Origin: Phoronis australis
Lineage: Eukaryota > Animalia > Phoronida
DNA: 64,000 bases
Assembly: GCA_002633005.1 (NCBI GenBank)
Contig: NMRA01000485.1
Coordinates: 124,442-188,441, forward strand
Reading direction: 5' to 3'
In this document: positions 35,340 through 47,515 of the stretch, piece by piece
Position numbering within the stretch: position 1 is the first letter of the stretch
How the letters are laid out: the number at the start of each line of letters is the position of its first letter
Position numbers and translations under genes: made by a program
Notes under the pieces: model-generated
Told to the model about the DNA's origin: nothing
Databases searched by the model: none
The model's input: the letters and a program-made list of their open reading frames with translations, nothing else

Positions 35340-38300
35340 TTATTAATGCATACATCCGATGGATACAATATTTAATGCAAGTTGTTATGTTGCTTACAGA
35401 AGCGCACTCACACTCACTCATGGGACCTTCCAAGGCATAAAAACTTACAAGTTAATCAACAAACAAAGATCCATGTGAATCCGTCTACTATTAAAATAAG
35501 AATATTCGCCATTTTTGTAAAATATGTATTTTTCTATTTTGCTATACTTAAAAAATTCTGTTTTTAAGTATTCAACACAAGGCGTAACATTCATTAATCT
35601 CCGGCGATATAAATGATATTTACCAAGTATTAACATTAAATTCAGTACATGTAAGCCAGAAAGCTTGCCGAGGATAACATCCTGACATGAGAAATGTGTG
35701 GATAAGTTGATTTTATTATTGAGCCATTGAAACCACGAGGACCAAAAAGACGTACAAAGTCACAAGACCAGTTCTGGCGGATGACATTCTCTAGTTCTTT
35801 TACACAAATGTACACATTTGGGAATCTATGAATCCAATTTTATAAAAAGTTTTAATACTTAAAATCTTTGTGTTAGACTAATTTGAAACCATTTAATGCT
35901 AAAAGTTATGGAGCAATTATGGAGTTTCTTCCACTAGTCAACAGTTATGGATTATGCACCATTTCTCATATTGTTTCAAACTTCATTGTTTTATACAACT
36001 GGCATGTGAAGGAATCATAAATATGTTTAATTGCCCTCTTGCCGAAAATAATATTAAGAAACAGTTGAGAAAAATTCGTTAAGACAACATTAAAGGAAAC
36101 AAAATTGTTTTGTTTTAAATGTGTTTGTTAGATTTTTCGTAAGCCTAAAAATTCTGTGAATGGTGGGAGAAGCCCATGCGTAGCACAAAAATACCCGTAT
36201 GTCATTAATTTTCCACTTGTGTCGTACTAGATAAATACAACGTCGTTCTCACACCGCCTTATGTAATTTAACTTATTTTACCAGCGAAAAGGTTAGATAT
36301 GTATGTACCACAGGGGCGCGTAAGGAATACTCTCTTCCCTGACAGGTAATTTACATAAAAATTCACTTAGATTACAAAATATTTCTTTCCAAAACAAGTT
36401 AACAACTTTTTTAGGCCAGATCTCATGAAAGACATTGCTAGAACAAAAATAATTACGGTGGGCTATGAAATGAAAATCTTGAGACAAGACATTCAAAAAC
36501 AAGTCTCCACTAAATAGGGTTATCTTGCCAAATCAATAAACTTTAGGTGATTTATTGAATAAGTAAATATGTATCATATAGTAACCTCCGAGAGCTCAAT
36601 TTTGAATAAAAGTGGTTCGACCATTTTTATCTATTTTACCATCCCACACAAAATTATGAAATAGTTTTTTCCAACTAACCATCTCATGTGGTGAAGACGG
36701 TAACGCAATAAATAGGTGAACAAATTTAAATAGAACAAAATGACTTAATCACTGTTACTTTGCCCAGTGGGTTAAATCGTTTTGGACCGTAAACTGAGAC
36801 TGCCTTGAATTTCTTTGATTTTCACATCATAGTTTAAGGTAATCGTTTCAGGGAGCTCAAAGCTAAACTCAATACCGAGGGTAGTAAAACGTTTTTCCTC
36901 CAAGTCAGATTTCTTTCAGGGTCTATTGTAGTATCGCTCTGTTTCAGGCCTCCTATTCGAATACACTCATTTTTTTCTTATTGCCTTGGGCTTTAAACCA
37001 TAAAACTTAAAGAGTTGGTCTGAGAGACTAGTGGTTTCTGTCAAAGGATCGCTGGAACCATCAAGTGTTAAAACTGTGTCATCTACATATTGCACAATTT
37101 TATGAGATCTGTTCCCAACATCAATACCAACCATTTCCCTATTCTGACCTACCATTATTTCCATAGTCTCTGCACATATAAAAAGATAAGGTGAGGTTGG
37201 GCCTCCCTGTCGCCACCCCTGACCAATTTCAAAGTATCCTGAAGTGAAATTATGTTGAACAGCAAAGACGCGAGAGCCTCTGCTTAAAAGACGAAACCAG
37301 TCAACAAAATTTTCACTACAGTTAAAACAATAAGCGTTTTGTACAAGAAATTCCAGGAAATGGAGTCAAATGCCTTCTCAAAGTCGAGTAGTACAAGAAG
37401 GTCGGTAATATTAATTTCCTCTGTGTACTGCATCAAGTCACAAATGTTCTCGCCCATTTGTCTCCCTTTAATAAATCCGTTTTGGTTTTCATGCACAACT
37501 AACTTCAGTCGTAGGGCGAGACAGCCCGATGGAATTTTATAACTCGTGTTTAGCAAAGAAATAGGGCGCCGGTTTGTAAGGTGTTCTCTTGGTTTTTAGC
37601 CCTTTGACAGAAGAGAAAGCACTCCTTCATTTTGACTTACTGGCAAAAAACCTCACAGCGCTATTACTAAACGATCGTATCAAAAACACAGACAGATCTT
37701 TCCACAAAAATATAAAGAAGCCATCCGGACCTGGCACTTTATTGTTTTCAACCGACAAAGCCTCATCAACTGAAACTGGTCCATTCAACGAGGAGCTGTC
37801 TGCAGTACAACATTTGAGCTCGGTCTGTGATGGTTTCTCCATTCGAATCAATCAATTTTGTTGTGTTTTTGTTAATAACTTTTCTTTTTTTTGAACTAGA
37901 AACATATTTCCATGGTTTCTCACCATACTTAATCTATCGTGCTTGAGTTGTAATCATAGCTCCTTTCATAACATCTTCTGGTCGGTCGCGTAATTCTTTG
38001 GAACGTTGTTCAAGAATTTCTCAAAAACAGGTGAATGTTTGTTTTGGATCAATTCAAATAGCGTGTTAATTTGCATTTCTATACTTTTCATAAGGATATG
38101 ATAGTTTCATTGCAAATATTGAGGAGGAACATTTCATAAAAACAAAGTAACGTCCATACTCAAATTTAATTCGTTATCTGGAATCACGAAAATTGCATCT
38201 CTTCTATATGGCATTGCAGCATATTTTTTTAAAATTTGGTCTTCTTGATTTTTTAAAAATTCACCTGAAATCAATGTTTCAAACTACTTGCTTCTTCTGC

Positions 38301-38480
38301 ACATAAATAATGCGTTTAAATGTTTTGAATGGATAGTAGTGAAAAATAAGGGTATGATTCAGTTGAATATACGTGCACATTACATTTTCAATGGTTTCAG
38401 TTAAAATTTCCAAACGTTCAGGAAATGTGAAGGATTGGACAAATTGCAAGAGTCCATCCAATTAAATGTCGGGTGGTGTA
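35340..38480 (-). mobile_element. Decayed 5'-truncated L1/Tx1-clade non-LTR retrotransposon (ORF2: endonuclease end, reverse transcriptase, C-terminal Cys/His knuckle)
   Basis: Collinear frameshifted minus-strand motifs: NNKVPGPDGF; ENQNGFIKGRQMGENI...LLDFEKAFDSISWNFL; G.RQGGP.SPYLF; IVQYVDDTVL. A C..C...H...C remnant lies near 35720-35820. AATAAA (35344-35339) is followed by (TACA)n. Confidence 0.93.
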
Positions 38481-40438
38481 CACTCTATACAGCTACAACA
38501 GTTAGTAATGAATAATCATTTCATGTAATAATTATAAAAACAGTTCTTGTTTTGTAAGCGTTCTGTCATTAACGCATGTGTACTCACAAGCAAGCGTGTT
38601 TAACACAATGACGGAATGTTGTTGAAGATGCATAGCCTCATTAAAGTTTGAATACGCAAATGAAGTACTAGTCTACAAACAACCCCGGGTCCATCAGTGT
38701 GCCGGAAACCATCCGAGAACCAGTTACCATTACAATCTCACGAATATCTTGTTTTGCGAGGCTATTTTTATGTTGGTGAGTATAGTAATATTCCATCGTT
38801 ACCCTAATGAAACAAGGCACACTTTTAATTATTTGTTTATTTCGCTATCAAACAACGATTGGGTATTTTTGGAATTGCTAAGGTTTTTTATATGTACAAA
38901 CTTATATCAGCTGCGGTGTATTCTTTTAAAATCGCAATTTATTTACAAAGTTTTTCTTTTCCTAATTACACTTGTACGCACAGTTCTCCAGGAAACCATT
39001 AGGCGGCGCTTGCTACAAAATTAAGCATTCACGGCTTTAATGAGACACTGCATCTTTAAGGTAATCCATCAAACACATACTATAGACACAATAGAATGTT
39101 TGTGGGTATCTCGTTGTTAGCGGTTACGTTATCCACGTCTTGGTTCAGCTAGCAACACTGGTGTGGCTTTTGAGAGCATAATTTACGCGTCGGTGTTTCA
39201 GCCAGAGGTGTGTCGTATGTGAGTGCTGCGAAAAACATTAGCGTACGAACGTAACGTGCAGAAGGCTGCCGAGTGCCATGGGAGTTTTGTTTAACGTCTT
39301 AGCCGGTTTTCTCTCTAAGTGTTGAGGGGAGTAATTGGCTATTTACTGCCTAAATGCTGATTAATTACTATTTTATTGCAACCCATGACTTCATCGGTAA
39401 ACGCAACTGTTGTTTTTTTTTTGATGGACAATTCGTCAATTCAGCATCCTTTGCATATATTTGTGTCTATGATAAATTGCTAAGATTGTAACTCGGGGGG
39501 AGGGTGCGTATTTTGGTTTTGGGGTGTAAAATGACATAGTCTTGGGTTGTTGATGTGAGGCGGAACTCCTCGCCCATAATAAGTGAAGTCAGATGACTCT
39601 TCATCTGGCTTTGCATAATCGCACTAGCGTTAACTACCAAAGGCACCTCGCACTTTTTAACACCAAGCACTTGTCGTAGATCCTGAGAAACTTCACCAAA
39701 AAATCATAAACGTATTATATTAAAGAGGCTTGGAACGCGAAAATTGACTTTTGAACAGATCTTGACAGACATTGACTTAATACCCAGAATGCATAACATC
39801 CTGAATGTTGTCGGAAGCTTAATTTTGCTGAATCATTCACTTCAGAGTGATGTGTGTGCAGAATTGCAAAGAATCACCGATTTTGCGACGATTTAATTAC
39901 CAAAATATGCATGTAGCCACTTGATCACGACTGTTCCCATTATTCGTCATTGTTCACATACATACACGAAGCATACATCAAATGAAACGAAATTAAAGCT
40001 GCATGTGCCCTATTTAGCTGACCAAAAGCAAAAATCGAATTAGGTCATTTACTCCAATTGGTCGTATAACGTTAGTCGCCGTGATGTTATTCTATTTCCG
40101 TTACCAACAATAACATCGAAACTACCAGCGACTCTAGAAAATGCTTCAGAGTTTTTTGGGGGTTGGACAACCCTAAAATTGGGAATTCGAAACTGCCACA
40201 TGTACGCATTGCCTGTGACTTGAGGTGGTACCGGAAATGGAACCCTAACACCGTAAGAAATATTTATTATGAGACTCATTTTAGAACTTGAGAAGATAAG
40301 GGCTGATTCGAGTTTCACTAAGCCAGCTAAACAGGGCGAAATACAGGTTTAATCGAAGTGCATACCTTTAAATCAATTCTGATAACAGACTATGGCTTTC
40401 GGTGGGTAATTTTTGGCATGTATACGCCTGTGTTTTAT

Positions 40439-40871
40439 AATGAAACGCCAAAGAGTTTTTAAACGAGTAACTTTTTGCGCGTTGAAACGTGCTTAATCAA
40501 CGCGTAGTTTTGCTTAACCAACGCATAGATTTGCTTAATCAATGCGCTGTATTAGTTATTCGTTATGTCCAATCAAAGACAAGTTTGCACTCAGTACGTA
40601 ACGACGCCATCTTCGGCCATTTTGAGATTTGAGAGCACAGGCGTGATTGAGCGATAGGAACTGATAAAAATTAATCACGTTGAATAAGCAACAGAGCGCG
40701 TTTATTAAGTAAAAATGTCCGTTGAATAAGAGCAGAATGATTGTCGTTAAGGAACTAATTCAGCGCGTTGATTTAACAAATTTACGCGTTGATTAAGCAA
40801 AACTACGCGTTGATTAAGCACATTTCAACGCGAAAAGAGGTACTCGTTTAAGAGCCCTTTGGCGCTTCCTA
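40439..40871. mobile_element. Foldback-like MITE with ~120 bp TIRs built from ~22-bp subrepeats
   Basis: GAAACGCCAAAG...TGCTTAATCAACGCGTAGTTTTGCTTAA... is mirrored by ...TTAAGCAAAACTACGCGTTGATTAAGCA...CTTTGGCGCTTC. Confidence 0.88.
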
Positions 40872-41869
40872 GTGCATTAGTACTTGAATAAATGATAGCG
40901 TCACGCAGTTGAAACATTAATCCAGTTTGGAATTAATCCCCTGTGCTGGGTAAATGGGAAAAAATTGCCATCATGCTCAGTAAACCGTTACACGTTTCTC
41001 TCCGATTCCCGCTGTGCGTTTTATCAAGCACGTTTTTTGCGGGTTTAGCGAGATCACCCAAGATCATTCAAGAAACCGTAAATTTGTTTTGAGTGATCAT
41101 CGACAGTAGTACATGTTTGTATACATTGTCCCAAAGGGGGCGTGTTGTGGTACCTCGTGAGTGCTACAAATGTCTTTCTGCATTGATGCTAACTAAGTTA
41201 CTATGAAGATGAGGTAACAACAAATACAAAATAGCTCCTGAAAGTCAGGATAGAAGAACTCGCTAAGTAAGCCACTGTGACCACGTGCTTCGCTTTTCAA
41301 TATAAAACGATATCTCGCGAAGTATTGAGTTTACGGGAGATTTTTGCCTCTACAGAACGCACGCCAGGTTTGTTTTCTCAATCAAAATTCCGACGTCGAG
41401 TTGCAATAATGTTGGTCCATCGTCATAGTTTACATGCCCTCAAGAACAAGGTTACCTCGATATCTTGAATTTGGAGAAAGAAATGACGTCTCAATGCAAA
41501 TGAACATTTTACCCATGGTATTCATAACATTATCGTCTTGCCTCCCAAAGGCACTTTCCGTTTTCATTCGTGTGGTCTCTGAAGCATTTTCACTTAAATG
41601 AAAGTTAATTGTAGAATCCAAGACAAATGTTGAATACTTGCACGGTTAACTAGAGTGAATTAAAGGGCTTTTATTTGTAAACGCATTGAAAACTATCTGA
41701 TAATACTAGTAATCAGTTAGCCACAATAGTGTGGGTTCGACAGGCTCATCATCCATGCATCAAATTTATGACTTTGTACCGAAAATGCGGGTTTTTGAAC
41801 CACCATTTTAAGTTGTGTCTTCGTCTCGTCGGCTCATATGTATTACAGGAGGTAAGAAGTAATTGACAC

Positions 41870-41942
41870 TCCACACAAACACACGCACGCACGCAGGCAC
41901 GCAAGCACGCACACACACGCACGCACACACACACACACACAT
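41870..41942. repeat. (CA)n/(CACG)n compound microsatellite
   Basis: Direct reading. Confidence 0.92.
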
Positions 41943-44909
41943 AATCATATAAATATACTTGTCTTGTTGATTTCTTCTCGAGAAGTATAACTTTCCGAAA
42001 GTCATCAGCGGTTTCAGTTCTCGACCATCCCTCTCCGTCCGTTATCGTTTTCACCTGAGGAAAACTCATGATTTTGCGAAGATATGTTAGTTGCATTATT
42101 ACGTCAACCCTTTCATATGATAGACGGCTATTCAGTACGAACTTGAAATGTTCCAATTGGTTCAAATATGAGCACAGGTCCAGAAATCGCTTTGCACTAT
42201 ATCCGGATTCTCATTCATGCCCTCGCATACATTCATTAGTAAGACCGAGCTCAGAGGAGTAGGGGACACCTTTGTCCAATGCTCGATTGTAAGCAAATAA
42301 AATCAGGATTTGAACCCGGGTCTCCCAAACGGGAGTTTTTTGGTACTCAAATCACTGAGCTACATTGTCTCCTGTTTCCATTGGCTCGGGTGGCTAATTT
42401 CTCATAAAAGCCAGTTGCTGTGACTATTTTGAATCGGGACTAACTTTTAAGACATGACTGAAACGTGCCCACGCATTGTAAAACATATAGTCTCATTGAG
42501 GAGGAATTTGTCGTATAAATCTGTGTGCCTTCCTATTTGTTGCACGTATGATGTTGGCGTTTTCATAGCCTATTAGGAAACATATCTGAACGGTATAAAG
42601 TGAGGGCACATTTATGTGCTTAAGGTTCAGTGAAATGCCGAGCGTTGAAAACGCTCGAGTCGTTCATTACTTCGTCACACGGCGCACCAATGGCACGCTT
42701 CGCGCTTGAAACAATTATCCACGGTAGCGAACGTCGCGCAAGGTAAAAACGGTAGTTAGCTAGCGAGAAGGTCAGACCGTTACAGTTGGAATGTAAAGGA
42801 AGTTTCTTGAGCTCTGAGAATAATGGTGTATTGTAAGATAAGGTAAGAGACCGTAATAATTGTATTTTGTGATAACACATTGTTTCTCGTATGTTAGGAA
42901 TGACGTAGATGTGCTGTTGTATGTAAGAGCTTAGCGGCAATCCTCTGCACTCACACAAATACCTACAAAACTGGACAAAAGAAACGTATATAGCTTTTGA
43001 AAGTAGAAAGCCAGGGAATTTAATTTATAATTTTATACCAAGCTGCCGTTGACTGGGTCACGTGACCGTAAATTTTTAGTAAAATCAAGCAATCCATGAG
43101 TAAATGACGGCATCACTAACAATCCAATTCTGTTTGATGCAGAATTTTAAAACGAAACCCCCCAAAAACTGTGATCGTTTTCTTAATGATCATTTTGCTT
43201 TGATTTTATGGAACTTTTGTTTCTTTTCATAAAAACTGTATAAGTCGCCATAAAAAAGTGAATGCAGTCGAGTTCGAAGAGCGCTCTGGAGAACACTGCT
43301 AAGAACATCATCTCAAATGGACCCTTTTCCGAGATTTGATGCTAAGAAGTTAGCCAAATTTGGATATTTTTCTAGGGACTCCAGAAAATGTTACTTCTTA
43401 ATTGTGATCTGGTTCCGCCGTGCATAAATATAGGACTTGATGATTTTACATAAGAAAATCAGTTGCTATTTGTACTGACACTGTCTATTGCGATACCGGC
43501 GTCCACTTTACGTCTTGTGCCATCAGCGGCCGCAGGTCTAAGACTACCATCTACCCCGTGTCCTTTACGAATAAGCTTAGGAAGACATTTAATCCAGATA
43601 AAATTGAACTGTATGGTGTAGGTTTTATTGCAAGAATAAGTTGACGCATGTATTCCTCTTTTTTATTATTTTTTTCATCTTCCATAGGTCTTCTGATACA
43701 TGTAGACTACATGCGCAGTCTAGCCGTGTGATCTAGTATACTCACTTGTGGCGCTGGCATCTATAACGTAAAGTTAGTGGTGTAGTACGGGTTTTCGGCA
43801 CCTGTTGGTATGCATTTATCGACAGAAGATTTTGGTCAGTCTAGTAGGACGAAACTATTGTGAATTTTCGATAGCGAGAGGCAAGACTCAGATATGAATA
43901 AGAATCACTTATATCAAACCTGTTTGCTTGAAATATCGTTATGAAACGTCTGACGAAATTAACAAAAATTTTAAAATGTAACGGAAACGTGACGAGACTG
44001 TATGGTGAAGTTTGATATCCTGTCCATGTGCCTTCCTCTGGGCAACTTTTACGGTATTGTCTGTGTTACGTCAGCGTATGCGTTACACGCATTTGTACGA
44101 GTGCAGCATTCGTACGAGTGCGCTGTACGATGCACGCGTGAATCCTGACGTCGGTGATAGAACTCTTAAAGACGGCAGATTTCATAGCAACCCAGCGTGC
44201 TCTTTTGAGAAAGCGTGCGCTGCTTTTTTCATACTCAAATGTTCTAACACGCTTGTTCGCAACGAAATCTGATATTTTAAGTTACTGAAATAAGCGCGTT
44301 CTGACTTCCGTACTCACGCGTGCATTGTAAAGCGAACAACTACGCCTCCGTATGATTGTGTTTGCGTGATATTTACGTTGTCGTGTTTTCCTAAAAACCG
44401 CACCATAGGACACTTATTATTTACATTTCGAAAGTTTGCTAATTAACAGAAGTTGTTGGGTTTCATAGCAGAACACATAAAATAGACAGAAAATATGTAC
44501 ATTGAAATCAATGATGATCTTTAAGTGGACGGTTCATCTCTTCCCTTACGCTCATCTGGTGCCTCCTCCAGGACATTCTTACAGGTCGACGAACCCTGTG
44601 ATGTTTGACTTCAATGTTCAATTTCCTGCGCCTGTCTGCGCCTCTGCCAGTCGCATGTGCGAAAATTCTGTTTGTAAGCGATCGAATATCTACCGCAGCT
44701 TCTATGAAATTTGTGCTTTTGTCTTGTATTCGTCTTTGAACAAAGTTAAAGGACGTCGAAACATCGTACCAACTTGACAACACTGTGAAATTGAAATTGA
44801 ACGTGCGGCGAGTGAAGTTGTGAGCATCGCTTCTGGTAAAATGCCGCTAGCCAATTTTTTTTTCTGTAGTTACAATATGACATCGAGTTTTTTACTGTAA
44901 CTATGGATA

Positions 44910-45187
44910 TTTCTGGACTGCGCCTTTGCCCTTTAGCTCATGAAAAATAAAAAAAGGCGCAAGTACATTTCAGCAGTGCACCCCCGGGCGCACCTATTAA
45001 AACGCAACACTTCCAAAAATGCAACATTCTAGTTATCTTACAGCCAGTCGGGTAAAACATGACTCTGCTCTGATTGCAATTGAGGTTTCTGTTCCATATG
45101 TTACCACTTTAATTACACTAAGTCTGCTGGGCACACTTTTTATCATCAGATGCGCCCGAAGGGCAATGTTTCAAACCTGGTCGGAAA
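44910..45187 (+). repeat. Diverged dispersed copy of part of the 17.7-18.0 kb / 20.0-20.3 kb sequence
   Basis: Shared blocks GCCTTTGC...GAAAAATAAAAA.GGC.CAAG, TTACACTAAGTCTGCTGGGCACA and CACTTTTTATCATCAG...TTCAAACCTGGTC. Confidence 0.8.
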
Positions 45188-45976
45188 TATACATGAGTAA
45201 GCTTTACGGAATCGCGATTTGCTGCCTAACGAATGGCTGAGGTCTCTTTTACCCCATTTCCCGTTAGTAAGTAACCGTTTCTACTGACTGGTTGACGTTT
45301 AACCGAGAGCTGAGGAAAAGACGTAAAACCATTCAGAGACAGCGTAAATACCAACAATGTGTAAATGCAGACTGTAACTATATTCAAGAACTTGAATTTC
45401 AGATGCATGTGTTAAATACAGCACGTTGTTGAACACCTGTCAATCTCCAGGCCATAAATGGGGCGTTATCGTACGTTTGCGATCGGCAGTTGTCTCGTGG
45501 CAGACAATTACGATCGTCGTTTGTAATGATGTTATGTGCGTTCTTCGCAGAATCTTTTCTATATGCTTGGGTAGTTTATGAATACATCTCTGATTAACAG
45601 CAGTTCCTGTGCTGTAATTAGCATCATCGAAACCGCATTGTCTGTGACTTTTGTTTTATGAGAAAGGAACACCTGGCTGCTCGGGGGCACTCTGCAGGTC
45701 GTTACCAATTCCACCGTATTTTCCAAATTCACATTTCTTGTTTTCCGAATTCTCCGCGTGAATCTGTTAGAGAAGCAAACTGCGAACATACCCTCTGACA
45801 CAGCTCCACCTATACATAAATGTGGCCCAGTGAAAAGGAGGTACTGAACAGTTCTCACAGGGGTTTGCCTATCAGAACACATGTCAATGGACACTTCACC
45901 CTTTCTTCACTCTGTCAAAAACTGCATGCAAATAAAGAACAGTTTTGAGTCATTTCACATCACAAGCCCAACAGGT

Positions 45977-46233
45977 GAGCACAGAAACTCTGTTCTCTCT
46001 TGTGTTTTTGACCCTTTCACTCCCAGTTGAAACCAAGCTAGACTAAGAAAAATAAGGGCAAAAAATGCAAAATCGGCACTTTTCACCCCAAAACCACCAC
46101 TTCCCTACCGATGCTCGACTAAAGCCAACATTAGATTCCAAAAGCAAATTTCCTACCCATTCCAAAAATGTGGTCCAAATGTACTCTCAATCAACTAGTT
46201 TTTTTTTGCAAATCTGGCTTGTTTGAGGGCTAC
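45977..46233 (+). repeat. Unclassified dispersed repeat, copy 1
   Basis: Collinear with 63588-63833 (e.g. CACTTTTCACCCCAAAACCACCAC, ACATTAGATTC). Confidence 0.85.
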
Positions 46234-47368
46234 CTGAAATCGCGGCCAATTTTTCAGTTGCTACACAGCAATGCACAACAGGGGGCCACCATCTTGAAGA
46301 AGAGTACAGCTACAGTCAAGAAAGTGGCCTATTTTAATTCTCAGCATTTTCATAAATACAAACAAACCACATTCACTTGGCCTACATACAATACCTAACT
46401 AAAAAATGCCCCCAAGCCTGGCCTACCCCGAGATTTTAATATTTTGGCAGTGCAAATTGGCCGCGGCCGCAGTCTAACTGTTTAGTGCCACCAAACATGA
46501 TGAACGATACACGGAATTCCTTGTGTGGGCATCAATGCGCATGCCTTGGTCGGAATTATATACCGATCACATCGCCACTCTTCCACACGTCTTTATGCAC
46601 TGTATTCGTTTGGGCTTAAGTCACTGGATCGGGGTTCTTACTTCAATCACTGCCCGTTTTAATAAATTGCAAATATTCAAGTCATAGGTTCAGGTCGCCA
46701 AACTGAAGGGTTGCCCACATTTTAAACTGAATGGGGTCGGACTGAATGTTATGACGTCAGTTTCATTACTTTAACCAATGAGAAGGCATGCTAAACAACA
46801 TTCGACAGGGCTGCCTTTTGTAGGACTGTATGTGAAAAAGGTATTCAAGTTCCATATGAAACGCGATTAGCGCCGCCTTGTTGAATACGCATGTCAAGTT
46901 CCGCCCCATTTCTGTTTGACAAATAAGACGTTGTGGTTACACTTACAGCAAAGTCCGGTTATAATGTCGCGCATCCGGCATGTTGGTTGAATTCTTTTGC
47001 ACTCGCCACGCTCTCATAAACTTTAGCCTAAATATTTGTTGTTCGCCTTGTTTAGGTCGCTATCGTGTTTGGTGGAACGCATACAATGTAACATCAAAGG
47101 GAATGTTAAATTACTGTTTGCACGTGTCGCCGCCATACCGGTCATCGCACTAAGCTGTCGAGCGCACAAACTCCTTTTAAAAGCCACCCCGAGTGGCACA
47201 CTGATCGCGTGCTTTGTACTTGTACCTGGAAATGTTTCAAACACTTAAGTCGTTACATTATGATTGACAGCCTTTGTGCTTGTCAATCACGTCCAAACAT
47301 GGTGATCTGATGGATTTGCGCAACACTTTATTACAGCCTTCTTTTAAGAACATCAACACTTGTCCGAC

Positions 47369-47515
47369 CGTGTCATTAACGCTGCAGTGTGTCAGAAATT
47401 ACTCGCCACATCGTGGCGCTAGCCATGTTCCATAGATCGTGTTATTAACGCATGAGCGTTCACTCGTCACGTGTCTGAAATTATTCGTCACAAGGTGACG
47501 CTAGGCGCGTTCCAT
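47369..47515. repeat. Diverged ~70-bp direct repeat x2
   Basis: GTGT(C/T)ATTAACGC...GTGTC(A/T)GAAATTA(C/T)TCG(C/T)CACA...GTTCCATA occurs twice. Confidence 0.75.

Noticed and set aside
39720-40372. Possible Kolobok-type element bounded by TTAAAG...CTTTAA
   Set aside because: The terminal inverted repeats beyond the first few bases match too poorly to call.
41985-42012. Minus-strand CTGATGA-CTTTCG-GAAA hammerhead-like core
   Set aside because: Helix I cannot be formed with the flanking sequence.
42300-42375. tRNA-like sequences (also ~48390-48447 and the SINE heads)
   Set aside because: Only A/B-box remnants with no complete cloverleaf; treated as decayed SINE heads, not tRNA genes.
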